DNA from: Spirochaetia bacterium
Lineage (GTDB): Bacteria; Spirochaetota; Spirochaetia; UBA9216
Assembly: GCA_965140585.1 (NCBI GenBank)
Contig: OZ223272.1
Span: 448,001-512,000 of the forward strand
Direction of reading: 5' to 3'
DNA length: 64,000 nucleotides
The position numbers and the translations under genes were made by a program. The notes under the pieces were generated by a model that saw nothing but the letters and a program-made list of their open reading frames with translations, was not told where the DNA came from and did no database searches. The first letter of the stretch is position 1. Each line of letters begins with the position of its first letter. Positions 9,779 to 20,375 of the stretch are shown in pieces.

Positions 9779-11135
9779 GATAACGTAAAAAATCTTTCGC
9801 ACATTTAAAAAATAATGGAAAAGGTCCTCAAGAAGGTTTAATATTTTTTCACCACAAAAAATGAACCAAAGAGAGGACCTTTATGGCAACAAATGAGCCA
9901 GGTAAAATTATACAAATAGATGAGCATTTAGTCCAATCACAATTGAAAGAAGTTGTGAGAGACACTGTTGAAGAAACTCTGAATTCTTTGCTCGATGCAG
10001 AAGCTGACAGGCTTTGCGGAGCAGAAAAATACGAGCGAACTGATGCACGTAAAGATACCCGTGCTGGCTATTACAAACGAAACCTTGATACATCTGCCGG
10101 TCGCGTTGAACTCAAAATGCCTAAGCTAAGAAATCTGCCTTTTGAAACAGCAATTGTCGAACGGTATAAGCGCCGAGAGGCTTCGGTTGAAGAGTCTCTG
10201 ATTGAGATGTATCTGGCCGGAGTTTCTGTTCGTCGAGTTGAAGATATTACCGAAGCACTCTGGGGAACCAAGGTTTCATCAGGTACTGTAAGTAATTTAA
10301 ATAAACAGATTTATGAGTAAATAGAAGCTTGGCGGAACAGACCTATCAAGGAGTATTACCTTTATGTTTATCTCGATGGCATAGTATTGAAGCGCTCCTG
10401 GGCTGGAGAAGTTAGAAATGTATCAGTTTTGGTGGCTATAGGGGTCTCAGAGAGCGGTTATCGTGAAATAATTGGTGTTGCCGAGGGAGCAAAAGAGGAT
10501 AAAGCAGGCTGGAGTGACTTCCTGAAGTTCTTGAAATCCCGAAGGCTTAAAGATGTTAAATTGATTATCTCTGATAAGTGTATGGGCCTTGTAGAATCGA
10601 TCTGTGAATACTTCCCCGAATCCAGATGGCAACGCTGTGTAGTGCATTATTACCGCAATGTTTTTTCTGTAGTACCTCGTGGAAAAATGCGAGAAGTTGC
10701 TGCAATGCTTAAAGCAATTCATGCTCAAGAAGATAGAGATGAGGCATTGAAAAAGGCTTCATATGTAGCTAAGAAACTTGAAGATATGAAACTTCACAAA
10801 GCATCGAAAAAGGTATCTGAATGTATCCATGAAACCCTTGAATACATGTTCTTCCCAGAACAGCACTGGCAAAGAATTAAGACGAATAATCCACTGGAAC
10901 GGATCATGCGGGAAATCCGAAGGCGTACCCGAGTAGTTGGTAATTTCCCTGATGGAAATTCTGCTCTTATGCTGGTCTCTGCTCGGCTCCGACATATTGC
11001 CGGAACAAAATGGGGCACAAAAAAATACTTGAACACTGCTCTTTTGAAGGAGTATGATTACATAGAAAAGGAGGTACTTGCATAGCATCTTCTTGAGGAC
11101 CAAATCTGAAAGTGCGAAAGATTTTAAGCGCTACC
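9779..11135 (+). mobile_element. IS256-family insertion sequence
   Basis: Imperfect TIRs (GATAACGTAAAAAATCTTTCGCAC / GGTAGCGCTTAAAATCTTTCGCAC); 8-bp target duplication GTTCAATC at 9771-9778 and 11136-11143. Confidence 0.92.
9883..11085 (+). pseudogene. IS256 transposase with in-frame nonsense codon
   Basis: EMYLAGVSVRRV, YLDG, QRCVVH, TNNPLER motifs; TAA at 10318-10320 with the frame continuing IEAWRNRP. Confidence 0.9.
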
Positions 11136-11541
11136 GTTCAATCATCATACCACAACCAAATTTTTCTGTTGGTCTCTTGAAGAAACCAAATTTCTCATAA
11201 AATTCTTCTTTTCCTTTTGCTGCCATTAAAGTGATATAAGAATTTTCTGGAGCATTTTCTTCGAGATAAAGCATTATGCTATTCATTATTTTTGCACCAA
11301 TTTTCTTTCCTCGAAAGTCAGGCTTTACAATTATGTCAGAAATAAAATATATAAAGCCTTTATCACCTACAATTCGTCCCATTCCAATTAATTCAGAATC
11401 AGCATAAGCTGTCACACAATATTCTGTATTACTTAATGATATCTGTATTGAGTGATCCGGCGGTAAAGGCCATCCAACAGATTTTCTAAGTTCTTTAAAT
11501 GATGTCAAAGTTATTATTTCTTTTCTGATCTCAATTTTCAT
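11131..11541 (-). CDS. GNAT acetyltransferase (cassette 3; extreme C-terminus altered by the IS)
   Basis: IGMGRIVGD, DIIVKPDFRGKKIG, FYEKFGF motifs. Confidence 0.88.
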   Translation of the reverse strand: MKIEIRKEIITLTSFKELRKSVGWPLPPDHSIQISLSNTEYCVTAYADSELIGMGRIVGDKGFIYFISDIIVKPDFRGKKIGAKIMNSIMLYLEENAPENSYITLMAAKGKEEFYEKFGFFKRPTEKFGCGMMIER

Positions 11542-11763
11542 TAAAGTCCTCAATCAATTTCCTATAACGTCCCGGGTTAAGCGAAGCTGAAGTGCTACTA
11601 CAGGAGAGTTTTGCGAATGCGCAAAACCGACTGAACTTGCTCTGCTTCTTCGTAAGCTTCAGTTTGGGTGAGGCCGTATGGCCGAACCGCTTAACCCTTG
11701 TTATCTGCTGTGAACCAGCGTTCCAGACCGTATAACGGAGTTAGGTCTGAAAATTCTTCATTC

Positions 11764-12162
11764 TTATATACTCCAATCTTCGATTTTTAACCCTTTCACT
11801 CTTTCGAATTCTTTAACATTGTTTGTTACAAATATTAATTCTTTATTTAAAGCTTGTGCAGCTAATAACATATCTATTGGACCTATAATCCGACCTTGTT
11901 TTCTTAAATCTGTCTTTAACCTTCCATAATCTATAGCATCTGAATCATCGAAATTTAAAATATTAAAAATCGATAAGAATTTTAGCAATGCAATACGATT
12001 ATTCTCAATCTTTTGACTATTTTCAACTCCAAACTCTAATTCAGCAACTGTTAGGGATGATATGTAGATTCCATCTGAAATCTTTTCTTTCAATTTCTTT
12101 AAAACCGATTCTGGTCTTTTTTTAATTGCGAAAATACAAATATTTGTATCTAATAAATACAT
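11764..12162 (-). CDS. vapC: VapC toxin (PIN), cassette 4
   Basis: YLLDTNIC, GPIDMLLAAQAL, VTNNVKEFERV. Confidence 0.93.
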   Translation of the reverse strand: MYLLDTNICIFAIKKRPESVLKKLKEKISDGIYISSLTVAELEFGVENSQKIENNRIALLKFLSIFNILNFDDSDAIDYGRLKTDLRKQGRIIGPIDMLLAAQALNKELIFVTNNVKEFERVKGLKIEDWSI

Positions 12163-12392
12163 TAGAAACTTTCCCTTTCTTGATTCTTTCCCTGTTCTCT
12201 TCCTGTATCCATAAAATCATCCGAAAACTCATTAATCCCTTCAACGAATATTTCCCATAACTTCTCATGTGGAAATAATAAAACAGCATCACCGTGCTTT
12301 TGAATATAAACTTCATCTCCTCTGAACTGGTACTCTTTTGGTAACCTAACTGCTTGAGATCTGCCATTCATAAATATTTTTGCTGTTTGCAT
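12162..12392 (-). CDS. vapB: VapB/VagC AbrB-type antitoxin, cassette 4
   Basis: AKIFMNGRSQAVRLPKEYQF. Confidence 0.93.
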   Translation of the reverse strand: MQTAKIFMNGRSQAVRLPKEYQFRGDEVYIQKHGDAVLLFPHEKLWEIFVEGINEFSDDFMDTGREQGKNQERESF

Positions 12393-12410
12393 ATTATCAC
12401 CTCTATATTA

Positions 12411-12439
12411 AATATATACCTTGATATATACCTTGTCAA
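12411..12439 (-). promoter_or_regulatory. vapBC promoter/operator
   Basis: TTGACA-17-TATATT containing two AGGTATATAT repeats. Confidence 0.7.
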
Positions 12440-12651
12440 ACATTACTTTATCCAAAATCTATTATTTTCTTAATCGCCCGTCGGCCGGAGGTCCGGGCGT
12501 CTTCTCTTCGCTGGTTTATTGCAGATAACGTTCCAGGGTTATACGACGTTCGGCGCAGCCCGTAGGCCGAATGGCCGGAGCGTGTAACCCTTGTTATGCG
12601 CTTTGAGCCTGACATCCAGACCGTTCAACGGAGTTAGGTCTGGATTCTTCT

Positions 12652-13173
12652 TTAATATCGCTCTTCTCTATTTCTTCTATCTATATCCTTCTCAATCTCT
12701 TTAATCATATCATAGTATTCTGAATCAATTGAGAATTTTACACTAACTTCTTTTCCATCCTTCTTATATAATATAATAAAATAAGTATTAGAACCTATCA
12801 TATTAATATTCTTCTCTTCTAAATATTCCACATTTCTTTTTTCAATAATTTCAATATTTTTTTTAAAAATATTGATTATAAGAAATTTTTCATTACCCCA
12901 ATATACAATCTTTATTTTTCGATATGTAAATAAATAAATGCATAAATAAACAACAACCACCAAAATGAAAAATGGTAAAAAACTATTTTTTATAAATCCA
13001 AATGAATACATTAAAAAATATCCAATAATTATTATTGGAAGCAAATATTTAATAACAAAATGCGAATCATTTGAGACTTTCCTATAACCATCATTAATTA
13101 AATTAACGTTATCATCTTTGCTGATTTTATATTCCATTTTTAAAAAATCAATTATTCTTTTTATTATATTCAT
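12652..13173 (-). CDS. Hypothetical membrane protein (cassette 5)
   Basis: 173 aa, two TM segments, AT-rich. Confidence 0.65.
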   Translation of the reverse strand: MNIIKRIIDFLKMEYKISKDDNVNLINDGYRKVSNDSHFVIKYLLPIIIIGYFLMYSFGFIKNSFLPFFILVVVVYLCIYLFTYRKIKIVYWGNEKFLIINIFKKNIEIIEKRNVEYLEEKNINMIGSNTYFIILYKKDGKEVSVKFSIDSEYYDMIKEIEKDIDRRNREERY

Positions 13174-13504
13174 TATTAATTATCCCTTTCTAAAAAACTT
13201 TGTATTCTTATGTTCTTAAAGTATTAAAAATCAATTTAAACAATCATTTTTGTTAAACACTATAGTATTTTTCATTTTTCCTTCTTTCTCGCCCGTCGGC
13301 CGAAGGTCCGGGCATCTTACTCTTGTTAGGCTCATTGCGTATAACGTTCCGGGGTTATGTGACGTACGGCGCCAAGCCGTATGTGGCGCAGCCCGAGGAG
13401 CGTATAGCGACGAAGCACATAGCCCCTGTTATCTGCTGTATTTTCGCCTCTTCGACCAGGCCGTACGGCGGGGCCAGGCTGGGTTCTTAAAATCCTCTTT
13501 ACTT

Positions 13505-14401
13505 CTAATTATATCTTCTCGTTCCTATTCTTCTAAACAGAAAACCTCCAATACAAGTATCTTCATATTTCGTACCTGGATATACATCATCAATTCTAAT
13601 TATTACTTCCTGATCGCAGAATACTTTGGTATCGATAAATTGAGGATTAGCGGTATCTTCTATCTCATAGGCCCGCTCAATATCCTTATCTTTACTAATG
13701 ATAGTAAACTTTTTTAATCTTGAATTTTCTGAATACAGTCGTGGTGAATCAAATGATATGTATCCATTAATTATATAAAATCCATCAATTATGCCCTTAT
13801 CACCAGAGAAATGTGTTAAATTCATATAAATTTCTTCACCTAAACCATTTCCAGAAGCAGCTTCAGCCCATGGATGTTTTAGATCAATATAAATTAAATT
13901 TTGCGCTTCATAATCAACCTTCTCTTCGGTTAAATGCGAACTCGAGGTAATTCTTGTAGATAATGATGCGAAACGGTATTTCTTTAAAAATTCTTGTGTA
14001 GCCCCAATAAAGATGGCACTATTTGTCTTATTTAATTGTTCTGACATATAAACTAATAGTAATTCATCATTCTCAAGAAGCAATAGCTTTCTTTCCCCAT
14101 TCACTGTTAAGTAATTAAACCCATTAACCTTTTCTATCTCATAATCTTCGTATAAAACTTCGGAAGGTATTTCGTATGAAACAGCATTTTCATACTTTGA
14201 ATTAATTCCCACACCTGCTTCATTATCCAATCTAAATTGCTGATCACTTATTTCTATTCTTAAATCATCACCAAAAAATGGATCTTCATAATAAAAGGGA
14301 TTATCAATTTGTGCGTAAATCATTTCTAAAGTGAAAAACAATATTGATATACTGATTAACTTTTTCACATCTTCTCCAATATTTTCATTTTTAATCATCA
14401 A
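13505..14401 (-). CDS. Secreted protein with NADase-type glycan-binding / discoidin-like C-terminal domain (cassette 6)
   Basis: WAEAASGNGLGE, INGY...YSENSRLK, DDVYPGTKYEDTCI motifs. Confidence 0.7.
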   Translation of the reverse strand: MMIKNENIGEDVKKLISISILFFTLEMIYAQIDNPFYYEDPFFGDDLRIEISDQQFRLDNEAGVGINSKYENAVSYEIPSEVLYEDYEIEKVNGFNYLTVNGERKLLLLENDELLLVYMSEQLNKTNSAIFIGATQEFLKKYRFASLSTRITSSSHLTEEKVDYEAQNLIYIDLKHPWAEAASGNGLGEEIYMNLTHFSGDKGIIDGFYIINGYISFDSPRLYSENSRLKKFTIISKDKDIERAYEIEDTANPQFIDTKVFCDQEVIIRIDDVYPGTKYEDTCIGGFLFRRIGTRRYN

Positions 14402-14610
14402 AATATGATTACACTTTCTTAATAGCCCGTCGGCCGGAGGTCCGGGTGTCTTCCTCTTTGCGGGGGCATTTCAGCTAACGTTCCAGGGTTACACGACGTT
14501 GGCGCAGCCGAATGTGGCGCAGCCCAGAGGCCGAATGGCCGAAGCGTGTAACCCTTGTTATCTGCTTTGAACCCGTCATCCAGACCGTTCAACGGAGTTA
14601 GGTCTGGATT

Positions 14611-14800
14611 CTTCCTCTCTTCCTCTCTTCCTCTCTTCCTCTCTTCCTCTCTTCCTCTCTTCCTCTCTTCCTCTCTTCCTCTCTTCCTCTCTTCCTCTCT
14701 TCCTCTCTTCCTCTCTTCCTCTCTTCCTCTCTTCCTCTCTTCCTCTCTTCCTCTCTTCCTCTCTTCCTCTCTTCCTCTCTTCCTCTCTTCCTCTCTTCCT
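14611..14800. repeat. Tandem repeat (CTTCCTCT) x ~23.75
   Basis: Direct reading; begins right after the cassette-7 trailer hairpin. Confidence 0.97.
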
Positions 14801-14830
14801 GTCGATAAAATCAATTCTTTCCCAACTATT

Positions 14831-15298
14831 TCAAGTTAAAGACTTATCAATCGCCTCTCTAATTTTTAAAATCTCTTGGAGCTTTCTTTCCCTTAATATT
14901 TCAATAAATTTATCAGCTTCACCTTCATCAAATTTTATTTCAACTTCTTGTATATTATTTTTATTATTTTCAAAAGTAAGTTTAACTATTCTTTCATCAA
15001 TTTTTACTATATCTTTTATTTTTAAAATCTTAACACTTTTGCCATATACTTCTAAAATTATTAGATCTTCACTGATTATGACATTATACCTTCTTATTAA
15101 GATAGGGGCCAAAGATTTACCCAACACATAAACGCTTATTATGAATGATATAAATATTGCTTTTATCTCAAACCGACTCGGAAAAACTTTATAAACCACA
15201 AAAAAACTAGCAATAATCATCCCAAATTCAACAAGCCCAACTTTTCTTATTTCTTTTGGCTGATAAAATGTATATCTTCCATTTTTATATTTATACAT
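14831..15298 (-). CDS. Hypothetical membrane protein (cassette 7)
   Basis: 155 aa, two TM segments. Confidence 0.65.
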   Translation of the reverse strand: MYKYKNGRYTFYQPKEIRKVGLVEFGMIIASFFVVYKVFPSRFEIKAIFISFIISVYVLGKSLAPILIRRYNVIISEDLIILEVYGKSVKILKIKDIVKIDERIVKLTFENNKNNIQEVEIKFDEGEADKFIEILRERKLQEILKIREAIDKSLT

Positions 15299-15499
15299 AT
15301 TGCTTATTCCTTAGCTATATTTATAAAATTGTAACTATCATTTATTTATAACTCAAAAACCACATACAAAATCTTCGCCCGTCGGCCGGAGGTCCGGGCG
15401 TCCTCTTTCCTGACGGGTTCATTGCTTATAACGTTCTGAGAATGTGCGAAGTCGCCGCAGGCGATTTGGGTGAAGCGAAGCGAAACCGCATATTCGCTG

Positions 15500-16147
15500 T
15501 TATGTGTCGTTTTTTTGGTTTCGGTGAAATTTAAACACATATGCATACGCTTTTTTTGTAAAATTTTCTCCTACCATTTTTTTCTGGACTTCCTCTAAAT
15601 CAATTGGAGTATTGTCGTCTTTTATAAAATACTCATCTAAATCTGTATCAGTAATACTGAACTTGTCTCCATTTCGTTTAATTATAGCAATTAACTCATA
15701 CTCTTCATCCGCATAGGCGAGACTTGCATCACCATGGCTATTATTACAGACTAATATGCCTTGATTTTTTAAGTATTTTTTACAGGATTGTGAAATAAAA
15801 CCGGCATAAAATGAAAATAAAATATCGAATGAATACATATCAATTGGTAATTCACTTGAAAAATCAGCTTGAAATGCTTGAATCGTAGGATCTTCCTCAT
15901 AGCTTTTATTGAGTTTGATAAAATTTAAGACTTTTTCATCTTCAAAGAACTTTGAAATTCTTTTATCCGAATCAATATATGTCATTTCACGAATATAAAA
16001 TGAAGGAGAAATATGTACAAAACTGCCAGGATAAATACCTTTTGTAGGATTGTATAAGTTCTTTATATTTTCAAATAATTTTTTTCGTTCATCTTTTTTG
16101 TCAATAAAGTATTGCTTATATAACTTCGGTATTTCTAATTCTTTCAT
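15500..16147 (-). CDS. Conserved hypothetical protein, possibly SAM-methyltransferase-like (cassette 8)
   Basis: YPGSFVHISPS, YIDSD, FDILFS...LKNQGILV; stop codon lies inside the R box. Confidence 0.65.
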   Translation of the reverse strand: MKELEIPKLYKQYFIDKKDERKKLFENIKNLYNPTKGIYPGSFVHISPSFYIREMTYIDSDKRISKFFEDEKVLNFIKLNKSYEEDPTIQAFQADFSSELPIDMYSFDILFSFYAGFISQSCKKYLKNQGILVCNNSHGDASLAYADEEYELIAIIKRNGDKFSITDTDLDEYFIKDDNTPIDLEEVQKKMVGENFTKKAYAYVFKFHRNQKNDT

Positions 16148-16376
16148 TTAATCTCCAAAAAATGACACATAACGTTCCGGGGTTATATGACGTTTGGCGA
16201 AGCCAAATGTGCCACAGGCCGAGCCCGAACAGGCGAAGCATATAGCCGCTGTTATGTGCTTTGTGCCCAACATCCAGACCGTTCAACGGAGTTAGGTCTG
16301 GATTCCTCATTCTATACAACGGTTTATCTTCACTGAAATCTTGAAATTTTTCAGTTTTCATATTTTTAAATGCCTA

Positions 16377-17780
16377 TTATTGAAAAGCAGGAATGATAAA
16401 TCTTTTCATAATATCATCATCGTATGACCCTCGTACAAAATTTTCTGCAGTAATAACAACAACCAAGTTTAAGTCCTCGATAATAATTATTCGTTGACCT
16501 CCCCAACCTTTAGCGGCTATTGCCCTATATTTTTTTTCATTAACATTATAATTTTTAATCCACCAATAATATCCATATTCATCCCAATTGTTATCATTAG
16601 TTGAAATATGTGTTGTAGTGGATTCTTCTATCCAATCTGCATCTATAATTCGCTGATCATTCCAAATTCCATTTGCCAATACAATTTGACCAATTTTGGC
16701 TATATCAATGGGACGTAATAGAAGTCCTCCCGCCGCGTTTTGACGACCGTCTATTTGTTTGTACCAATATGCGTTTTTTATACCTAATTTAGAAAATGAG
16801 CTTTTACCAGCAGAATCCGCAAGGGATGTTGCGCCCGTCGCATTCTTGATTATTTCGCCTATTACAGTAACATATCCTCCACTATATGTAAAAACCTTTC
16901 CAGGCTCGTATAAAGAAGGAATTGAAAGAACAAACTCAACCGAGTCATTGCTACTCATCTCTCTATTACGAATGTTATCTGAATCATTGTATGAGATATT
17001 CCACTCATTCCAAGCCAATCCAGCTGACATGGTTAATAAGTCTTTAATTGTAATTTTTTCTTTTTCGCCAGTAAGAATTGACTTGTACTCTGGTAAGTAT
17101 TTACTGATGGGATCATCAACACTGTCAATATAACCTTGAGCTATTGCGTCTCCTAAAAGCAGGGATGTAAAGCTTTTACTGATGGACTGCATCTGGTGTG
17201 GCTCTTCCTGGCTCCATCCACGAAAATATTCTTCCACAACTAACTTTCCATTTTTCATTACTAACAAACTGTTTTGTTTCCCGAAATATCCATTTTTGAG
17301 TTTTTCGATCAAATCATTTATTGATACTACGTCACCATTAACCTCGGCTACTGTACCAGTTTTGATTTCGATTTGTGATTCTTCTTCTGTTTCGCTTGCA
17401 TCGATTTTGATCAAATTATCAATTGATTTGTAAATAGCTTCATTATATTCAGTTATAGGTATTTCCAATCTTGTAAGACTTATGTCGATACCATTTTCTT
17501 CGAATGACAAATCTTGATATTTTTTATTTTTCAAATTATTGAAACGACCATCTACAGGATAATTTTTCAAACGAAAGTTGATATCGTTCTCTATAATTAT
17601 TTCATCTTTAACCCTCCAATCATTTATATACAGTTTCCCATTTCGTTCCTTAATGACTACTTTATAAACTTCATTTGAACGATCAGAGTATATGCCAACA
17701 TACTTTGAGTTGTCACCATTATTTGTGCATGAACATAACGCTATTAATAAAAATAGTAGACTTAATTTGACTAATTTCAT
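16377..17780 (-). CDS. Serine hydrolase, beta-lactamase/AmpC-like family lipoprotein (cassette 9)
   Basis: SxxK (SISK), LLTMSAG, PGKVFTYS, YGYYWW, GWGGQ; lipobox LCSC after ATG at 17780. Confidence 0.88.
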   Translation of the reverse strand: MKLVKLSLLFLLIALCSCTNNGDNSKYVGIYSDRSNEVYKVVIKERNGKLYINDWRVKDEIIIENDINFRLKNYPVDGRFNNLKNKKYQDLSFEENGIDISLTRLEIPITEYNEAIYKSIDNLIKIDASETEEESQIEIKTGTVAEVNGDVVSINDLIEKLKNGYFGKQNSLLVMKNGKLVVEEYFRGWSQEEPHQMQSISKSFTSLLLGDAIAQGYIDSVDDPISKYLPEYKSILTGEKEKITIKDLLTMSAGLAWNEWNISYNDSDNIRNREMSSNDSVEFVLSIPSLYEPGKVFTYSGGYVTVIGEIIKNATGATSLADSAGKSSFSKLGIKNAYWYKQIDGRQNAAGGLLLRPIDIAKIGQIVLANGIWNDQRIIDADWIEESTTTHISTNDNNWDEYGYYWWIKNYNVNEKKYRAIAAKGWGGQRIIIIEDLNLVVVITAENFVRGSYDDDIMKRFIIPAFQ

Positions 17781-17945
17781 GTAAATAACTCCTTTGTTAA
17801 ATATTTCTCTTCGCCCGTCGGCCGGAGGTCCGGGCGTCTTACTCTTGTTGGGCTCATTGCACATAACGTCCCGGGGTTATACGACGTTCGGCAAAGCCGA
17901 ATGTGGCGCAGCCCGAAGCCCGAATGGGCGGAGCGTATAGCCCCT

Positions 17946-18350
17946 GTTATGCGACGTCGCCTTTATTAGAGAAAGATTCCGATCAATCAAACGATCTAAA
18001 TAATCTCCTCTTACCATTTCTACCCAATATTCTATTCGCCCTTTGCGACTTTCACAATCATTTTTATTTCACCTGCAAGTCAACGAGCAAAGTGAGTGTG
18101 GCAGACTTGCCAAACTGAAAAAACCTGTCATGCCCACGAAGCAGATTTTGATAATTATAAGCCAATACTTTTTCTTTAACGTCAGAACAAACATCGTCCA
18201 ACGCAACGACCTTCTTATAACAACAACCAAATCAAAATCCAAAATCTTCCTCATTCCAGGGCGAATTGAATATTGCAAACTATTTGGTAATCACTTATGG
18301 TTCGGAACTTTCTCCACCCCAAGATCATGCTCCGGCGATGTCCGCATAAC
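17946..18350. repeat. ORF-less cassette family A, copy 1
   Basis: ~405 bp unit GTTATGCGACGTCGCC...GGCGATGTCCGCATAAC between att sites. Confidence 0.9.
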
Positions 18351-18487
18351 GTTCCGGGGTTATGTGACGTACGGCTTAAGCCGTATGTGGCGCAGCCCGA
18401 GGAGCGCATAGCGACGAAGCACATAGCCCCTGTTAGACGATGTCACGAACCTTCTTCAAAGCCAAGCAACACGGATGTTGTTTGGCT

Positions 18488-18817
18488 TTAATCTATTAAC
18501 ATTTCTTGTAGTATATTCTTGACGAGTTCAACTTCTTTTTTAGTTATTTTCCCTATTTTTTTTATTAGTCTCTTCTTATCAACAGTTCGCAGCTGATCTA
18601 AAACAATCCATCCTTCTTTCTTCTCAAATTTTATTGACACCCGCGTCGGATAAGGATGTGATTTCGTAGTCATCGGAGCAATTATAATTGTCTGAATTGA
18701 CTCATTCATTTCATTTGGTGAAATCACTAAACAAGGTCTTGTCTTTTTAATTTCATGGCCAACTGTGGGATCTAAGTTTATTAAAAATACTTCATATTGA
18801 TGAATTACCATTCCCAT
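18488..18817 (-). CDS. mazF: PemK/MazF toxin (cassette 11)
   Basis: LDPTVGHEIKKTRPCLVIS, LDQLRTVDKKRL. Confidence 0.93.
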   Translation of the reverse strand: MGMVIHQYEVFLINLDPTVGHEIKKTRPCLVISPNEMNESIQTIIIAPMTTKSHPYPTRVSIKFEKKEGWIVLDQLRTVDKKRLIKKIGKITKKEVELVKNILQEMLID

Positions 18818-19053
18818 TCAAAATCATCCTGATCAGTTAAATTGTCCACAAGTAATGAATCATCCTTATTTTGATGCATCTTCATAAACTCTTCAGACCA
18901 TCCTTCTCTTGGCTTTTTCTTTATAGGTCTAATCAGTATTTCTGTATTATGCACTTCTAACTCTACTTTTTCTTCTATATTTAACTGTTGCAAAATGCTT
19001 TTAGGAATTCGTATCCCTTTTGAATTACCTATAGGAACCACTGAAACTAACAT
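18805..19053 (-). CDS. mazE: AbrB/MazE antitoxin (cassette 11)
   Basis: IGNSKGIRIPK; overlaps mazF. Confidence 0.9.
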   Translation of the reverse strand: MLVSVVPIGNSKGIRIPKSILQQLNIEEKVELEVHNTEILIRPIKKKPREGWSEEFMKMHQNKDDSLLVDNLTDQDDFEWEW

Positions 19054-19072
19054 AATTCACCTCATTATTGTA

Positions 19073-19101
19073 ATTATATAGTAATTACTCCAATTCGTCA
19101 A
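19073..19101 (-). promoter_or_regulatory. mazEF promoter/operator
   Basis: TTGACG-17-TATAAT with GTAATTAC palindrome. Confidence 0.75.
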
Positions 19102-19230
19102 TCTTTGCTTGCCAGGGATGGTAAGCATCCTCTTTCTCTTAGGTTCGTGATTTCGTCTAACGTCCCGGGGTTAAGCGAAGTTGCGCAGCAATTTAGGCGC
19201 AGGCCGAAGGGCCGGAGCCGCTTAACCCCT

Positions 19231-19634
19231 GTTATGCGACGTCGCCTTTATTAGAGAAAGATTCCGATCAATCAAACGATCTAAATAATCTCCTCTTACC
19301 ATTTCTACCAAATATTCTATTCGCCCTTGGCGACTTTCACAATCATTTTTATTTCACCAGCAAGTCAACGAGCAAAGCGAGTGTGGCAGACTTGCCAAAC
19401 GGAAAAACCTGTCATGCCCACGAAGCAGATTTTGATGATTATAAGCCAATACTTTTTCTTTAACGTCAGAACAAACATCGTCCAACGCAACGACCTTCTT
19501 CTAACAACAACCAAATCAAAATCCAAAATCTTCATCATTCCAGGGCGAATTGAATATTGTAAACTATTTGGTAATCACTTTTGGTTCGGAACTTTCTCCA
19601 CCCCAAGATCATGCTTCGGCGATGTCCGCATAAC
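19231..19634. repeat. ORF-less cassette family A, copy 2
   Basis: Near-identical to copy 1; carries a different att variant. Confidence 0.9.
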
Positions 19635-19798
19635 GTCCCGCGGTTATGTGATGTTTTGTGCTCGGCCCTACAGGCCGATTGGCAACTCTTTTGCATACAG
19701 CGCCTTTACCTCACATCTTTCTCCACTTCGCAAAAGTGATGCCAAAACAAAATATGCCGGAGGCCAAGGAGCGTTTAGCGACGCCGCACATAGCCGCT

Positions 19799-20197
19799 GT
19801 TATACGCCGTCACAAAATAAAGAAAGTTGTACATCATCTTCACAACCTAAAATTTTAGTTCACATTTCAAACTTATTTAATATTCTATTCGACCATACTG
19901 TCTTTCACAATCTTTTTTATTTACTCCGCAAAATAACGAGCTTTGCGAGTGGGCCAGTTTTGCATAAACGTTTCTGCATGCCCCAGCCCCGTACAGATTT
20001 TGATTATTCCAAAGCCAAAACTCTTTCATAGAACGTCAGAAAAAAGTCATTGTTTGAAATTTTTCTTCATCAAAACAAAAATCAAAATCTGAAATCAGAT
20101 CTTAGTCGAACAGAATATTGCCAACTTATTATTTCATTATTTAAGCGCAGCAACTTTCTTCCACCCCATATCCTTGCCCAAAGTGATGGAGTATAAC
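19799..20197. repeat. ORF-less cassette family B, copy 1
   Basis: ~398 bp unit GTTATACGCCGTCAC...GTGATGGAGTATAAC with ~178 bp att. Confidence 0.9.
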
Positions 20198-20375
20198 GTC
20201 CCGGGGTTATGTGACGTACGGCGATAGCCGTATGTGGCGCAGCCCGAGGAGCGCATAGCGACGACGCACATAGCCCCTGTTATAAGCAGTAAGCCAGGCA
20301 TCCAGACCGTCCAACGGAGTTAGGTCTGGATTCTCTCATGTCTTTGTTTTATTAACCTTACTTTCTAAGGTTAAA

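Noticed and set aside
13428-14479. Cassette 6 ends looked mismatched (possible chimera)
   Set aside because: On the + strand they still pair when G-T wobbles are allowed (TTTTCGC with GCGGGGG), so they fit the general terminal-repeat pattern.
14419-14839. ORFs with REEERKRG / LFLSSSLP repeats
   Set aside because: Translation artefacts of the 8-mer tandem repeat; the minus-strand one runs through an att site.
17781-17864. Extended N-terminus of the serine hydrolase (and similar extensions at 9594, 23124, 42031, 46867, 50265)
   Set aside because: These run through leader hairpins, promoters or terminators; downstream starts fit the RBS, promoter or signal peptide better.
18097-18112. Sigma54-like TGGCA...TTGC in family A
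   Set aside because: GG-to-GC spacing is 7 nt rather than 10; the sequence is explained by stem P4.
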